From a virus (Duplodnaviria > Caudoviricetes), in IMG/VR virus record IMGVR_UViG_3300008252_000098, positions 1-28,420 of that record: a stretch of 28,420 nt of DNA, one strand, 5' to 3'. Under the pieces are notes generated by a model. It searched no databases. It was not told the origin of the DNA and saw only the letters and a program-made list of their open reading frames with translations. A program made the position numbers and the translations under genes. Numbering within the stretch: position 1 is the first letter of the stretch; every line of letters begins with the position of its first letter. This document shows positions 1-7,374 of the stretch, in pieces.

Positions 1-2
1 AC

Positions 3-884
3 CAGCTGCCTGAGCTGGATGGCCAGATCACTGTGCCAGCGTCCGAGATTATTCACGACCGCTGCATCTGTCCGTTCCATCCGCTGATCGGGCTTCCGCC
101 TATCGCGGCTGCACACTGGCCGGCACTGAAGAACATGCGCATCCTGAAATCCTCTGCCGAGTTCTTCGCAAACAACGCCCAGCCGTCCGGCATCCTTTCT
201 GCGCCGGGCGCTATCTCCGACCCTACCGCCGACCGGCTGAAGACATATTGGAACGAGAATTTCACGGGGTCGAATGCTGGCAAGGTTGCCGTGGTGGGTG
301 ATGGCCTGCAGTTCGTTTCCCTGGCATCAAAGTCTGTCGACTCGCAGATGGTCGAGCAGTTGCGCTATTCCGATGAGCAGATTTGCCAGCCGTTCGGCAT
401 CCTGCCGTTCAAGGTTGGACTGGGCAGCATTCCTGCCGGCCTGACCGTGGATGCCATCAACCAGCTCTACTACAACGACGCTCTGCAGGCGCCCATCCAG
501 GCAATGGAGGCGCTACTGACTGCCGGGCTTGATGCGGCACCCCTGCGCGTGGATATGGATGAAACGGTCCTGATGCGCATGGATATGGGCAAAAAAGCTG
601 AGTACCACAGCGCCCTGGTATCCGGCAGCATCGAGACCATTAACAACGCGCGTCTTGAGTTCAACCTCCCCCCGCTGGAAGGCGGCGACACTGTATACAT
701 GCAGCAGCAGGACTTCCCCCTTGAGCAGGTACGGCAGAACGTGTTGCCAAGCAATGCGCCGGCGCCGGAGGTGGAGCCAGTTAATTCTTCGGAAGAAGTC
801 GAGCGTGAAGAAGAAATGAAGTCTATGCGGGCCGAGATAAACACCCGTAAAGCTGTTGACGGATTTGAGAGGGCCGTAGCATGA
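3..884 (+). CDS. Phage portal protein, HK97 family (5'-truncated by window)
   Basis: Frame is open from position 3; motifs EIIHDR, GLPPI, FFANNAQPSGIL, NAGKVAVV, TINNARLEFNLPPLEGGD typical of HK97 portals. Confidence 0.92.
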   Translation, partial: QLPELDGQITVPASEIIHDRCICPFHPLIGLPPIAAAHWPALKNMRILKSSAEFFANNAQPSGILSAPGAISDPTADRLKTYWNENFTGSNAGKVAVVGDGLQFVSLASKSVDSQMVEQLRYSDEQICQPFGILPFKVGLGSIPAGLTVDAINQLYYNDALQAPIQAMEALLTAGLDAAPLRVDMDETVLMRMDMGKKAEYHSALVSGSIETINNARLEFNLPPLEGGDTVYMQQQDFPLEQVRQNVLPSNAPAPEVEPVNSSEEVEREEEMKSMRAEINTRKAVDGFERAVA

Positions 885-1849
885 CGGAGTTTGATCCAGT
901 TGCATTCGGCGAGGCCGTTGGCCGCCGGGTTAAAGAGATTGCATCACAGATGGAACTGCGCATGGCTGAACTTGAAAAAGCCCTGGCTGAGCGGCCCGAC
1001 CTTGAATCCATCGCCAAGCAAGCGGCAGCCCTTGTGCCGGCGCCCGAGAACGGTAAGGACGCTGACCCTGAAGTCATCAAGCGGATGGTGGCTGATGCCG
1101 TATCGGAATTGCCTGCCCCAGAGCGCGGCGAAGAGGGCAAGAGCGTCACCCTCGAAGACGTGGCGCCCATGATCAGCGAAGAGGTGGCCAAGGCTGCTGC
1201 CGGGCTTCCAGCGCCCAAGGATGGCGAATCAGTGACCGCTGAGGACGTGCGCCCAATGCTGAGCGAGCTGGTTGCCGAGGCCGTCAAGGCTTTGCCCGCG
1301 CCCGCCCCCGGCAAGGACGCCGACATGGACGAAATCAAGCGGCACGTTGAGCAGATGGTCAAAGGCATTGAGCCTGCACCCGCACCGACCGTGGATGAGG
1401 TGGCAGCCACCTTCGAGCGTCGCTTCTCCGATCTGGCTCTGTCTTGGGAGCGCCAAGCGCGTGACACCTTCGACAAGGCGGCGGATCGCATGCCCACGCC
1501 AAAGAATGGTCTGGACGCGCTGCCGCTGGATAGCTTCGATCTGACTCTGGGCGAGGATGGCCGCACCATCACCGTGAAGATGCAGGCCGGCGATAACCTG
1601 ATCGAGAAGTCAGTCAAGATTGCCGCAGTCGTGGACCGTGGCGTCTTCAGCAAAGACTACGGCAATTACGAGAAAGGCGACGGTACCACCTACGGCGGCT
1701 GCTACTGGATCGCCCAGAAGGATGCGCCGGAGGGCGTGCCCGGCGGCTCTGCTGATTGGCGCCTGGCCGTGAAGAAAGGCCGCGATGGTAAAGACCTGCG
1801 CCCGAACTCTTCCAGCCATGACCCTGACAAAGGGGTGAAGCTGAAATGA
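881..1849 (+). CDS. Putative virion head-associated protein with Pro-rich PAP-x-x-G-K-D/S repeats and a C-terminal aromatic carbohydrate-binding-like module
   Basis: ATGA overlap with portal stop; repeats PAPENGKDAD, PAPERGEEGKSVT, PAPKDGESVT, PAPAPGKDAD; C-terminal YEKGDGTTYGGCYWIAQK...W. Confidence 0.6.
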   Translation: MTEFDPVAFGEAVGRRVKEIASQMELRMAELEKALAERPDLESIAKQAAALVPAPENGKDADPEVIKRMVADAVSELPAPERGEEGKSVTLEDVAPMISEEVAKAAAGLPAPKDGESVTAEDVRPMLSELVAEAVKALPAPAPGKDADMDEIKRHVEQMVKGIEPAPAPTVDEVAATFERRFSDLALSWERQARDTFDKAADRMPTPKNGLDALPLDSFDLTLGEDGRTITVKMQAGDNLIEKSVKIAAVVDRGVFSKDYGNYEKGDGTTYGGCYWIAQKDAPEGVPGGSADWRLAVKKGRDGKDLRPNSSSHDPDKGVKLK

Positions 1850-2220
1850 TGTACATCACCCTGGAACAGGCCAAGCATCAGCTGGAGATGGATCACGACG
1901 ACGATGATTCTCTGATTACCGGTTACATCAAGTCCGCTTCCAGCGCCGCGAAAAACTACCTCAAATCAGCATCGCCGTTTGAGGTCGAACGCGACCTGCA
2001 CGGCAACCCGATTCAAGACAGCAACGGCGATCCCGTTTACATAACCGACAGCCAAGAATCAATGATTGTTCGCGATGAGGTTCAGCTTGCCGTAATGCTA
2101 CTGGTTGCTATTTCCTACAAAGACCGCGACAACAACGCAGACGGCGCATACGAGCAGGGCTATCTACCCAAGCCAGTGACCGCGCTGCTCTACCCGTTGC
2201 GCGATCCTGCGCTGGCGTGA
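1846..2220 (+). CDS. Head-tail connector (HK97 gp6-like)
   Basis: ITLEQAKHQL..DHDDDDSLITGYI..A, AVMLLV..Y.DR, LLYPLR motifs. Confidence 0.9.
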   Translation: MMYITLEQAKHQLEMDHDDDDSLITGYIKSASSAAKNYLKSASPFEVERDLHGNPIQDSNGDPVYITDSQESMIVRDEVQLAVMLLVAISYKDRDNNADGAYEQGYLPKPVTALLYPLRDPALA

Positions 2221-2221
2221 G

Positions 2222-2575
2222 GTGAGCATGGGTATCAAAGCCGGACGCCTGCGCCACCGAGTCGCCATCCAGCAGAAGGTGACAAGTCGTGACCCGAACA
2301 GTGGCGCGCAGATCGTCACATGGCAAACCGTAACCGGCTGGGAGTCGGTACCCTGCGCCATCGAGCCGCTGAGCGTGAAGGACTTCATGGCGGCGCACGC
2401 TAACCAATCAGAGATTGTGGCGCGCATCACGCTGCGCCATCGTGAGGGCCTGCTGCCGACTATGCGACTGGTGCATAACGGCAAGATTTACAACCCGGCA
2501 GGCTTTCTGCCTGATCCGGATAGCGGGCTGAATTTTGTGACAGCGCCTTGCAGCGCGGGCGTGAACGAAGGTTGA
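2222..2575 (+). CDS. Head closure / head-tail adaptor (SPP1 gp16/HK97 gp7-like); start may be ATG 2228
   Basis: AGRLRHRVAIQ, ARITLRHREG, MRLVHNGKIYN motifs; position after connector. Confidence 0.9.
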   Translation: MSMGIKAGRLRHRVAIQQKVTSRDPNSGAQIVTWQTVTGWESVPCAIEPLSVKDFMAAHANQSEIVARITLRHREGLLPTMRLVHNGKIYNPAGFLPDPDSGLNFVTAPCSAGVNEG

Positions 2576-3114
2576 TGATGTGGCAAGGGTTGACGGTCGC
2601 ATGCATCGCCAGCGGCCCAAGCCTGACCGCCGCTGACTGCGCCCTGGTCGAAGCTGCCGGCCTGCCAGCCATCGCCGTGAATAGCTCATGGCAGCTTGCT
2701 CGCTTTGCTGACGTTATCTACGCATCTGACGCGGGCTGGTGGGATCACAACCTGCACCTGATAGACGCACCGGCTGAGCGCTGGTCCAGCTACCAGAGCG
2801 CAGACACAAAGTACGGCATCAATCGGCACAGAGTGCCCAATCAGCCGCACAACAGCGGCATGCGGGCGATCCAGTTCGCGATTGAGCGCGGTGCGACCAG
2901 GGTGCTTCTGCTGGGGTATGACTGTTCCGTGGAGCGTGGCACCCACTGGCACGGCGACCACCAGAACACCAAGAACCCGGACGCCAAACGCTGCGCCATG
3001 TGGCAGCAGCAGTTCGCGCAGATCGACCGTAAGCAAGCAGCCATCATCAACTGTTCACGGGAAACGGCTCTGACCTGTTTCCCGCGCATGACCCTGGAGC
3101 AAGCCCTGTGCTGA
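2575..3114 (+). CDS. Putative glycosyltransferase, CstII (GT42)/Maf (DUF115)-like fold
   Basis: ATG overlaps upstream stop (TGATG); N-terminal CIASGPSL, AVN, NSG..AIQFA...GATRVLLLGYD and HWHG motifs resembling CMP-nonulosonate transferases. Confidence 0.65.
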   Translation: MMWQGLTVACIASGPSLTAADCALVEAAGLPAIAVNSSWQLARFADVIYASDAGWWDHNLHLIDAPAERWSSYQSADTKYGINRHRVPNQPHNSGMRAIQFAIERGATRVLLLGYDCSVERGTHWHGDHQNTKNPDAKRCAMWQQQFAQIDRKQAAIINCSRETALTCFPRMTLEQALC

Positions 3115-3686
3115 AAACCTTCTCTGGCCGCGCCCCGTCGCAGAACGAATACGAGCTGCGACGATTCATTGCCCTGCTGAGAGACCGTGGCGTGCGGCGC
3201 TATCTCGAAGTCGGCAGCCGTCACGGCGACACCTTTCACGAGGTGATGAGCAGTTTGCCGGCCGGCAGCTACGGCTGCGCAGTCGATCTGCCTGGCGGCC
3301 TGTGGGGCAAGAAGAAGACTGAGCAATCGTTGCTGGCCGTTGCCGAAGACCTGCGCGCCAAGGGCTACATCATTGATGTCGTGCTGGGCAACAGCACTCA
3401 CACTGACGTCATCGAGCGCATCCGCGGGCTCGGTAAGTTTGATGCGGCGCTTATCGATGGTGATCACACCTACAAGGGCGCCAAGCAGGACTGGGAAAAC
3501 TACGCACCCATGGCAAGGCTGGTGGCCTTTCACGACATCGTAGGGCAGGGCCTGCGCGAGAATGTGCACGGCAACCCGGTAGAGGTGCCACGCCTGTGGG
3601 CGGAGATTGCCACCACCAATGCCGGCTGCGTTGAGTTCGTCGACAGTGAGTCAAAAATGGGAATCGGCGTATGCACATCACACTGA
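3108..3686 (+). CDS. Class I SAM-dependent methyltransferase (Methyltransf_24-like)
   Basis: YLEVGSRHGDT (motif I), AVD, IDGDHTYKGAKQDW, VAFHDI. Confidence 0.85.
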   Translation: MLKTFSGRAPSQNEYELRRFIALLRDRGVRRYLEVGSRHGDTFHEVMSSLPAGSYGCAVDLPGGLWGKKKTEQSLLAVAEDLRAKGYIIDVVLGNSTHTDVIERIRGLGKFDAALIDGDHTYKGAKQDWENYAPMARLVAFHDIVGQGLRENVHGNPVEVPRLWAEIATTNAGCVEFVDSESKMGIGVCTSH

Positions 3687-4465
3687 TTGCCAGCCCGCGC
3701 GCGCGGCACCAACTGGAACACCAAACGGCCCTAGCCGCTGGATTCGAGGCGATTGGATTTGATGTCACTCTGACCCACGGCCAGGCAGCCAGAACGCAGC
3801 ATGTAGCCTGCTGGGGCTGGCGGCTTGGGCAGAAACTGCGTGCCGCCGGCCATGACGTGCTGGTAGTGGAGCGCGGCTACCTTGGCGACCGGTTCGCCTG
3901 GACGTCGCTGGCGTGGAACGGCCTGAACGGCCACGGCGAGTTCCCGGCGGCACCGGTGGATGGCGGCGAGCGTTTCCGTCAGCACTTCAGCATGCAGCCG
4001 TGGAAAGAAGGCGGCGATTACGTGCTCCTGATGGGGCAGGTGCCCGGTGATGCCAGCTTGCAGGGTAAAGATCTCATGCCCTGGTATGAGCAGACCGCCG
4101 AGCGCGCCGCCGCTGCCTATGGGCTGCCAGTCAAGTTTCGCCCGCATCCACTCACCGCCCGCAAAGGCATCAAGCAGCAGCTGCGGATGGCGACCAACTC
4201 ACGCGGCACCTTGGAAGAGGATCTGGCAGGCGCTGCTGTCGCCATCTGCTACAACAGCAACTCAGCTGTGGATGCTGTGCTGGCGGGTGTGCCAACCGTC
4301 ACCGCCGATGTTGGCGCTATGGCATGGGATGTTACCGGCCACAAGCTGGGCGAAGTCGCCAAGCCAGACCGTGAGCAGTGGGCGCATGACTTGGCCTGGA
4401 AGCAATGGACGCTAGCAGAGATCGAAAGCGGGGAAGCCCTGCGCGGGCTGGTTGGCCATGACTGA
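3671..4465 (+). CDS. Putative glycosyltransferase, KpsS/KpsC (capsule synthesis, beta-Kdo transferase)-like
   Basis: VERGY, VLLMGQVPGDASL, FRPHP, NSNSAVDAVLAGVP match the QV..D / HP / NS..(G/A).(E/D)A...G.P signature. Confidence 0.7.
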   Translation: MHITLIASPRARHQLEHQTALAAGFEAIGFDVTLTHGQAARTQHVACWGWRLGQKLRAAGHDVLVVERGYLGDRFAWTSLAWNGLNGHGEFPAAPVDGGERFRQHFSMQPWKEGGDYVLLMGQVPGDASLQGKDLMPWYEQTAERAAAAYGLPVKFRPHPLTARKGIKQQLRMATNSRGTLEEDLAGAAVAICYNSNSAVDAVLAGVPTVTADVGAMAWDVTGHKLGEVAKPDREQWAHDLAWKQWTLAEIESGEALRGLVGHD

Positions 4466-4952
4466 CGCAGTGTCGGTAAATGTTGATGGCTTGGCCGAGG
4501 TGCTTGGCAAGTTCGAGGCCATCGAAGTCGACCTGAAAACAAAGGGTGGCCGCTTTGCTTTGCGCAAGGCGGCTCAGCTGGTGCGGGACAAGGCTCGTCA
4601 GAACGCCGCTGCGCTGGACGACCCAGAGACCGCCGCGAACATTGAGAGCAACATTGTGGAGCGTTGGTCCGGCAGGACTTTCAAGCGCACCGGAAACCTG
4701 ATGTTCCGCGTTGGCGTTATGGGCGGCGCCGGTGGCAATGCATCCTCGGCATCGCTGGATGGCCTGCCAGGCAAGGATACCAGGCACTGGAGATACAAGG
4801 AGTTTGGGACCGAGAAGATTGCCGCCACTCCGTTTATGCGCAGGGCTCTGGCTGAAAACATAGCCGCCGCCATCAGTGAGTTCTCAACCCAGTACGACAA
4901 GAAGATGACGCGCGCCATCAAGGCGGCCAAGAAGAAGGCGGGCATCAAGTGA
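4458..4952 (+). CDS. HK97 gp10-family tail completion protein
   Basis: VDGLAEV, ALRKAA, HWRYKEFGTEKIAATPFMRRAL. Confidence 0.9.
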   Translation: MTDAVSVNVDGLAEVLGKFEAIEVDLKTKGGRFALRKAAQLVRDKARQNAAALDDPETAANIESNIVERWSGRTFKRTGNLMFRVGVMGGAGGNASSASLDGLPGKDTRHWRYKEFGTEKIAATPFMRRALAENIAAAISEFSTQYDKKMTRAIKAAKKKAGIK

Positions 4953-5311
4953 TCGCACCAATCTATCCGGTCTGCGCTGCCTCTACCGCCGTGCAGGCTG
5001 CGCTCGGAAATCCCCCGAGCATCTGGCCGTTTGGCGAGGTGCCGGAGGGCACGCCATACCCTTACGCCGTATGGCAGAGCGTCGGCGGCAGCCCAGAGAA
5101 CTACATCAACCAAACGCCAGACATGGATGGGTACGGCCTGCAGGTCGACGTGTACGGCAATACCGGTGAGTCGGTAACCGCAGTGGCTGAGGCCCTGCGA
5201 GACGCCATTGAACCTCACGCCCATATCACCAGCTGGCTCGGCCAGAGCATGGACCGAGAAACCAAGCGATACCGCTACACCTTCAGCGTGGACTGGTTCG
5301 TCAGTCGCTGA
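4949..5311 (+). CDS. Tail terminator protein (DUF3168/HK97 gp11-like)
   Basis: PFGEVP..TPYPYAVWQ.VGGSPENY, LQVDVY, LRDAIE; position before tail tube. Confidence 0.85.
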   Translation: MIAPIYPVCAASTAVQAALGNPPSIWPFGEVPEGTPYPYAVWQSVGGSPENYINQTPDMDGYGLQVDVYGNTGESVTAVAEALRDAIEPHAHITSWLGQSMDRETKRYRYTFSVDWFVSR

Positions 5312-5327
5312 AACGAGCAACCCCAAC

Positions 5328-5351
5328 AACCCGCCTTGAGCGGGTTTTTTT
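5328..5351 (+). terminator. Intrinsic terminator-like hairpin before major tail gene
   Basis: AACCCGC-cttga-GCGGGTT followed by T-run. Confidence 0.75.
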
Positions 5352-5383
5352 ATGCCTGAAAACCCGCAACAGGAGTACCACCA

Positions 5384-5854
5384 ATGAGCAAGCTCACACA
5401 GGGCACCCAGATTTACTTCATCGACCCGGATGACGACTCTGTCGTAGCCGTTCAGTGCGCGACCAGTTTTAACCCGGGCGGCGCCCCTGCTGATCAGATC
5501 GACGATACTTGCCTGGAGTCCGATGAACGCACCTATAAGCCCGGTTTGCGTACGCCAGGCCAGGCAACCATCGGCCTCAATTCCGACCCGGAAAACGCGT
5601 CGCACATCCGTATGCACGAGCTGAGCGAAACTAACCCGCCTCCCGAGCTCAAGTGGGTGGCTGGCTGGTCCGATGGCACCGATGCGCCGACCGTTGACAG
5701 TGCTGGTGATTTCGACCTGCCAACAACTCGGACATGGTTCACCTTCCAGGGTTATATCAGCGACTTCCCGTTCGACTTCCAGCAGAACGCTGTCGTCACT
5801 TCTACCGTGACCGTTCAGCGTTCTGGTGGCTCTGCGTGGATTCCGAAAGTATGA
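5384..5854 (+). CDS. Major tail tube protein
   Basis: RBS AGGAG; TQGTQIY, GGAPADQIDDTCL, GLRTPG, FQGYISDFPFDF, QRSG. Confidence 0.9.
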   Translation: MSKLTQGTQIYFIDPDDDSVVAVQCATSFNPGGAPADQIDDTCLESDERTYKPGLRTPGQATIGLNSDPENASHIRMHELSETNPPPELKWVAGWSDGTDAPTVDSAGDFDLPTTRTWFTFQGYISDFPFDFQQNAVVTSTVTVQRSGGSAWIPKV

Positions 5855-6204
5855 ATCTGACAATCGATAACCTCAAAGCAGCAGGCGCCTTCACGGGCGC
5901 CCCTGTGGCAAAGGACATCGCCTGGAATAACGACGATGGCGAGGAATTTACGGCAACGGTGTTCGTGCGCCGCATAGGATACGCCGCGGTCGTTTCGGAC
6001 CTTACGGCGGCGCGCTGCAAGACTGATCCGGTTGCTGGCCGCATTGCGTCCAGTATCTGTGATGCCGAGGGCAATGCTGTGTTCGCCCCGGGCGACATTA
6101 CGGGCGAAGCAGACCCTGAGCGCGGCCCCCTGCACCACGGGCTTGTGATGGAACTGATGCGCGTCATGGCCGAGGTTAACGGCGCGGGAAAGACGAAGAG
6201 CTGA
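5851..6204 (+). CDS. Tail assembly chaperone (gpG-like)
   Basis: ATGA overlap with tail tube stop (the ORF-track start at 5734 lies inside the tube gene); ends with slippery site G GGA AAG. Confidence 0.85.
   Translation: MNLTIDNLKAAGAFTGAPVAKDIAWNNDDGEEFTATVFVRRIGYAAVVSDLTAARCKTDPVAGRIASSICDAEGNAVFAPGDITGEADPERGPLHHGLVMELMRVMAEVNGAGKTKS
6186..6192 (+). other. Programmed -1 ribosomal frameshift site GGGAAAG
   Basis: Same heptamer as the lambda G/GT site, in the correct phase (G GGA AAG); -1 frame is open to 6494. Confidence 0.88.
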
Positions 6205-6494
6205 GCGAACTGGACGAGTTCTGGCACGAGCTCGTCCTGTGCGGGGTGGGAGGTTCCACCATCGCTGAGGCCCAGCAGCGGCTTGGCTATCAAGAAGCAC
6301 TGCAATGGATGAAGTATCGGAGGCTTCGCGGCAGCTTCAACCTGGGCATGAGGGTAGAGCGCGGATCGGCACAACTATCCGTGCTGTATGCCAACGCGCA
6401 CAGCAAGAACGGAAGCTGGAAGATTTACGACTTTATGCCGAACATGGATGAGCCGCAGATGACGCTGGAGCAGGCAATGGAGGCGTGGAAGTAG
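6186..6494 (+). CDS. Tail assembly chaperone frameshift extension (gpT part of gpGT)
   Basis: -1 frame reads GKDEELSELDEFWHELVLCGVGGSTIAEAQQR..W..YR..RGS.N.GMR.E; no strong RBS of its own. Confidence 0.82.
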   Translation, partial: GKDEELSELDEFWHELVLCGVGGSTIAEAQQRLGYQEALQWMKYRRLRGSFNLGMRVERGSAQLSVLYANAHSKNGSWKIYDFMPNMDEPQMTLEQAMEAWK

Positions 6495-6580
6495 GGCCGG
6501 GAGTACTTGCCGGCCAGCTGGAATTGGGGAGAAGGAGGACTGGCGAGTAAGAGAAAGAGTATGCTTGAAGGGTGGCGGCT

Positions 6581-7003
6581 TTAGTCATCTTGACCCGTAT
6601 CGCCTGCGCCTCTCTTCTTATTTGCTAAATCCTTGGTGAGCCAGGCTGGTGCTTTGCCGTCAAGTTCGGCAGCAGTCCGTTCGGCCATTTTTGCCACTAG
6701 ATAAGCCAAAGCATCTTCAAGCGGCAGGTTGCGTGACTCGGCAAAACCCTCGAGCCGCTCGTGCTGCTCTGGGGTCAGTTCGAGTTGGTATGTGTCAACG
6801 GGATCATCCCCTTGTAGCTTGTCAACCGGGACATAAAGGGCGTCTGCCAGCCTCAAGAGTGTTTTAAGGCGCGGCTTTGATTGGCCTGACTCGTACTTTG
6901 AAATCATAGACCAGGCGATACCCACCTTCGCGGCTAGCTCGCGCTGGGTGAGGCCGCGCTCAGCTCGGAGCAGGGCTAGTGTTTTTGCGAACTTTTCTGA
7001 CAT
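6581..7003 (-). CDS. XRE-family HTH transcriptional regulator
   Basis: LRAERGLTQRELAAKVGIAWSMISKYESGQSKPRLKTLLRLADAL. Confidence 0.9.
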   Translation of the reverse strand: MSEKFAKTLALLRAERGLTQRELAAKVGIAWSMISKYESGQSKPRLKTLLRLADALYVPVDKLQGDDPVDTYQLELTPEQHERLEGFAESRNLPLEDALAYLVAKMAERTAAELDGKAPAWLTKDLANKKRGAGDTGQDD

Positions 7004-7063
7004 GAAGATCTTTACCGATTTTCGGGGCTACAAAATGGTACGTCCCTGTGGTGTGCGCATGCA

Positions 7064-7126
7064 ACAAAGTCAACAGTGTTGTTGACAAACGACACAAAGA
7101 GAACAAAACTACACAAACGAAACAAC
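7064..7126. promoter_or_regulatory. Divergent control region: palindrome GTCAACA-N4-TGTTGAC containing TTGACA (7082-7087), plus phased ACAAA repeats
   Basis: Inverted repeat 7069-7086; ACAAA at 7064, 7085, 7094, 7103, 7113; -10 only weak (AAAACT 7105-7110). Confidence 0.5.
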
Positions 7127-7137
7127 GGGAGGTCGAT

Positions 7138-7308
7138 ATGAGCGCGACTCAAGAAAAGAAGGTGGTAGGGATTCGTTTGGAAGAGATGTTCAGGGCGCTG
7201 TTGGCGCAAAAGGCGCAGGAGAATAGCCGTAGCCTGAGCGGTGAGATCGTCCACCGGCTGCGCCGCTCTCTGGAGGCAGAGGCAAGCCAGAATGGGCATC
7301 AGGCATAA
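7138..7308 (+). CDS. Arc-family ribbon-helix-helix DNA-binding protein
   Basis: RBS GGGAGG; VGIRL.E.....L...A.EN.RSLSGEIVHRL..SL matches the Arc/Mnt pattern. Confidence 0.85.
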   Translation: MSATQEKKVVGIRLEEMFRALLAQKAQENSRSLSGEIVHRLRRSLEAEASQNGHQA

Positions 7309-7341
7309 AAAAGCCCCGAGCGTTGCAGCGCTCAGGGCTTT
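7307..7341 (-). terminator. Minus-strand intrinsic terminator between arc-like and antirepressor genes
   Basis: Minus strand AAAGCCCTGAGCG-ctgcaa-CGCTCGGGGC-TTTTTT; the single stem mismatch is a G-U pair only in the minus-strand RNA. Confidence 0.7.
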
Positions 7342-7374
7342 GGATAACGAAACGTTCGAGGAGAACAATTTCAT
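7307..7374 (-). ncRNA. Predicted sar-like antisense RNA covering the antirepressor RBS
   Basis: Minus-strand promoter ATGACA-N16-TATTCT with extended -10 TG (7407-7380); minus-strand terminator hairpin plus 6 T ending ~7307; position and size like P22 sar. Confidence 0.6.

Noticed and set aside
3108-3686. DNA methyltransferase
   Set aside because: No DPPY/NPPY or PC catalytic motif; the DGDH..D/HD pattern indicates a small-molecule or glycan O-methyltransferase
4598-5863. Long antisense ORFs (also 10988-12220, 15417-16622, 16852-17811, 24430-26118)
   Set aside because: Shadow frames of well-supported genes in GC-rich DNA, with no motifs or RBS
7138-7308. Arc-like protein as a phage AmrZ mimic repressing CRISPR-Cas
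   Set aside because: The recognition strand reads VVGIR rather than the KFVVR of AmrZ as recalled, and the arc-ant context explains it
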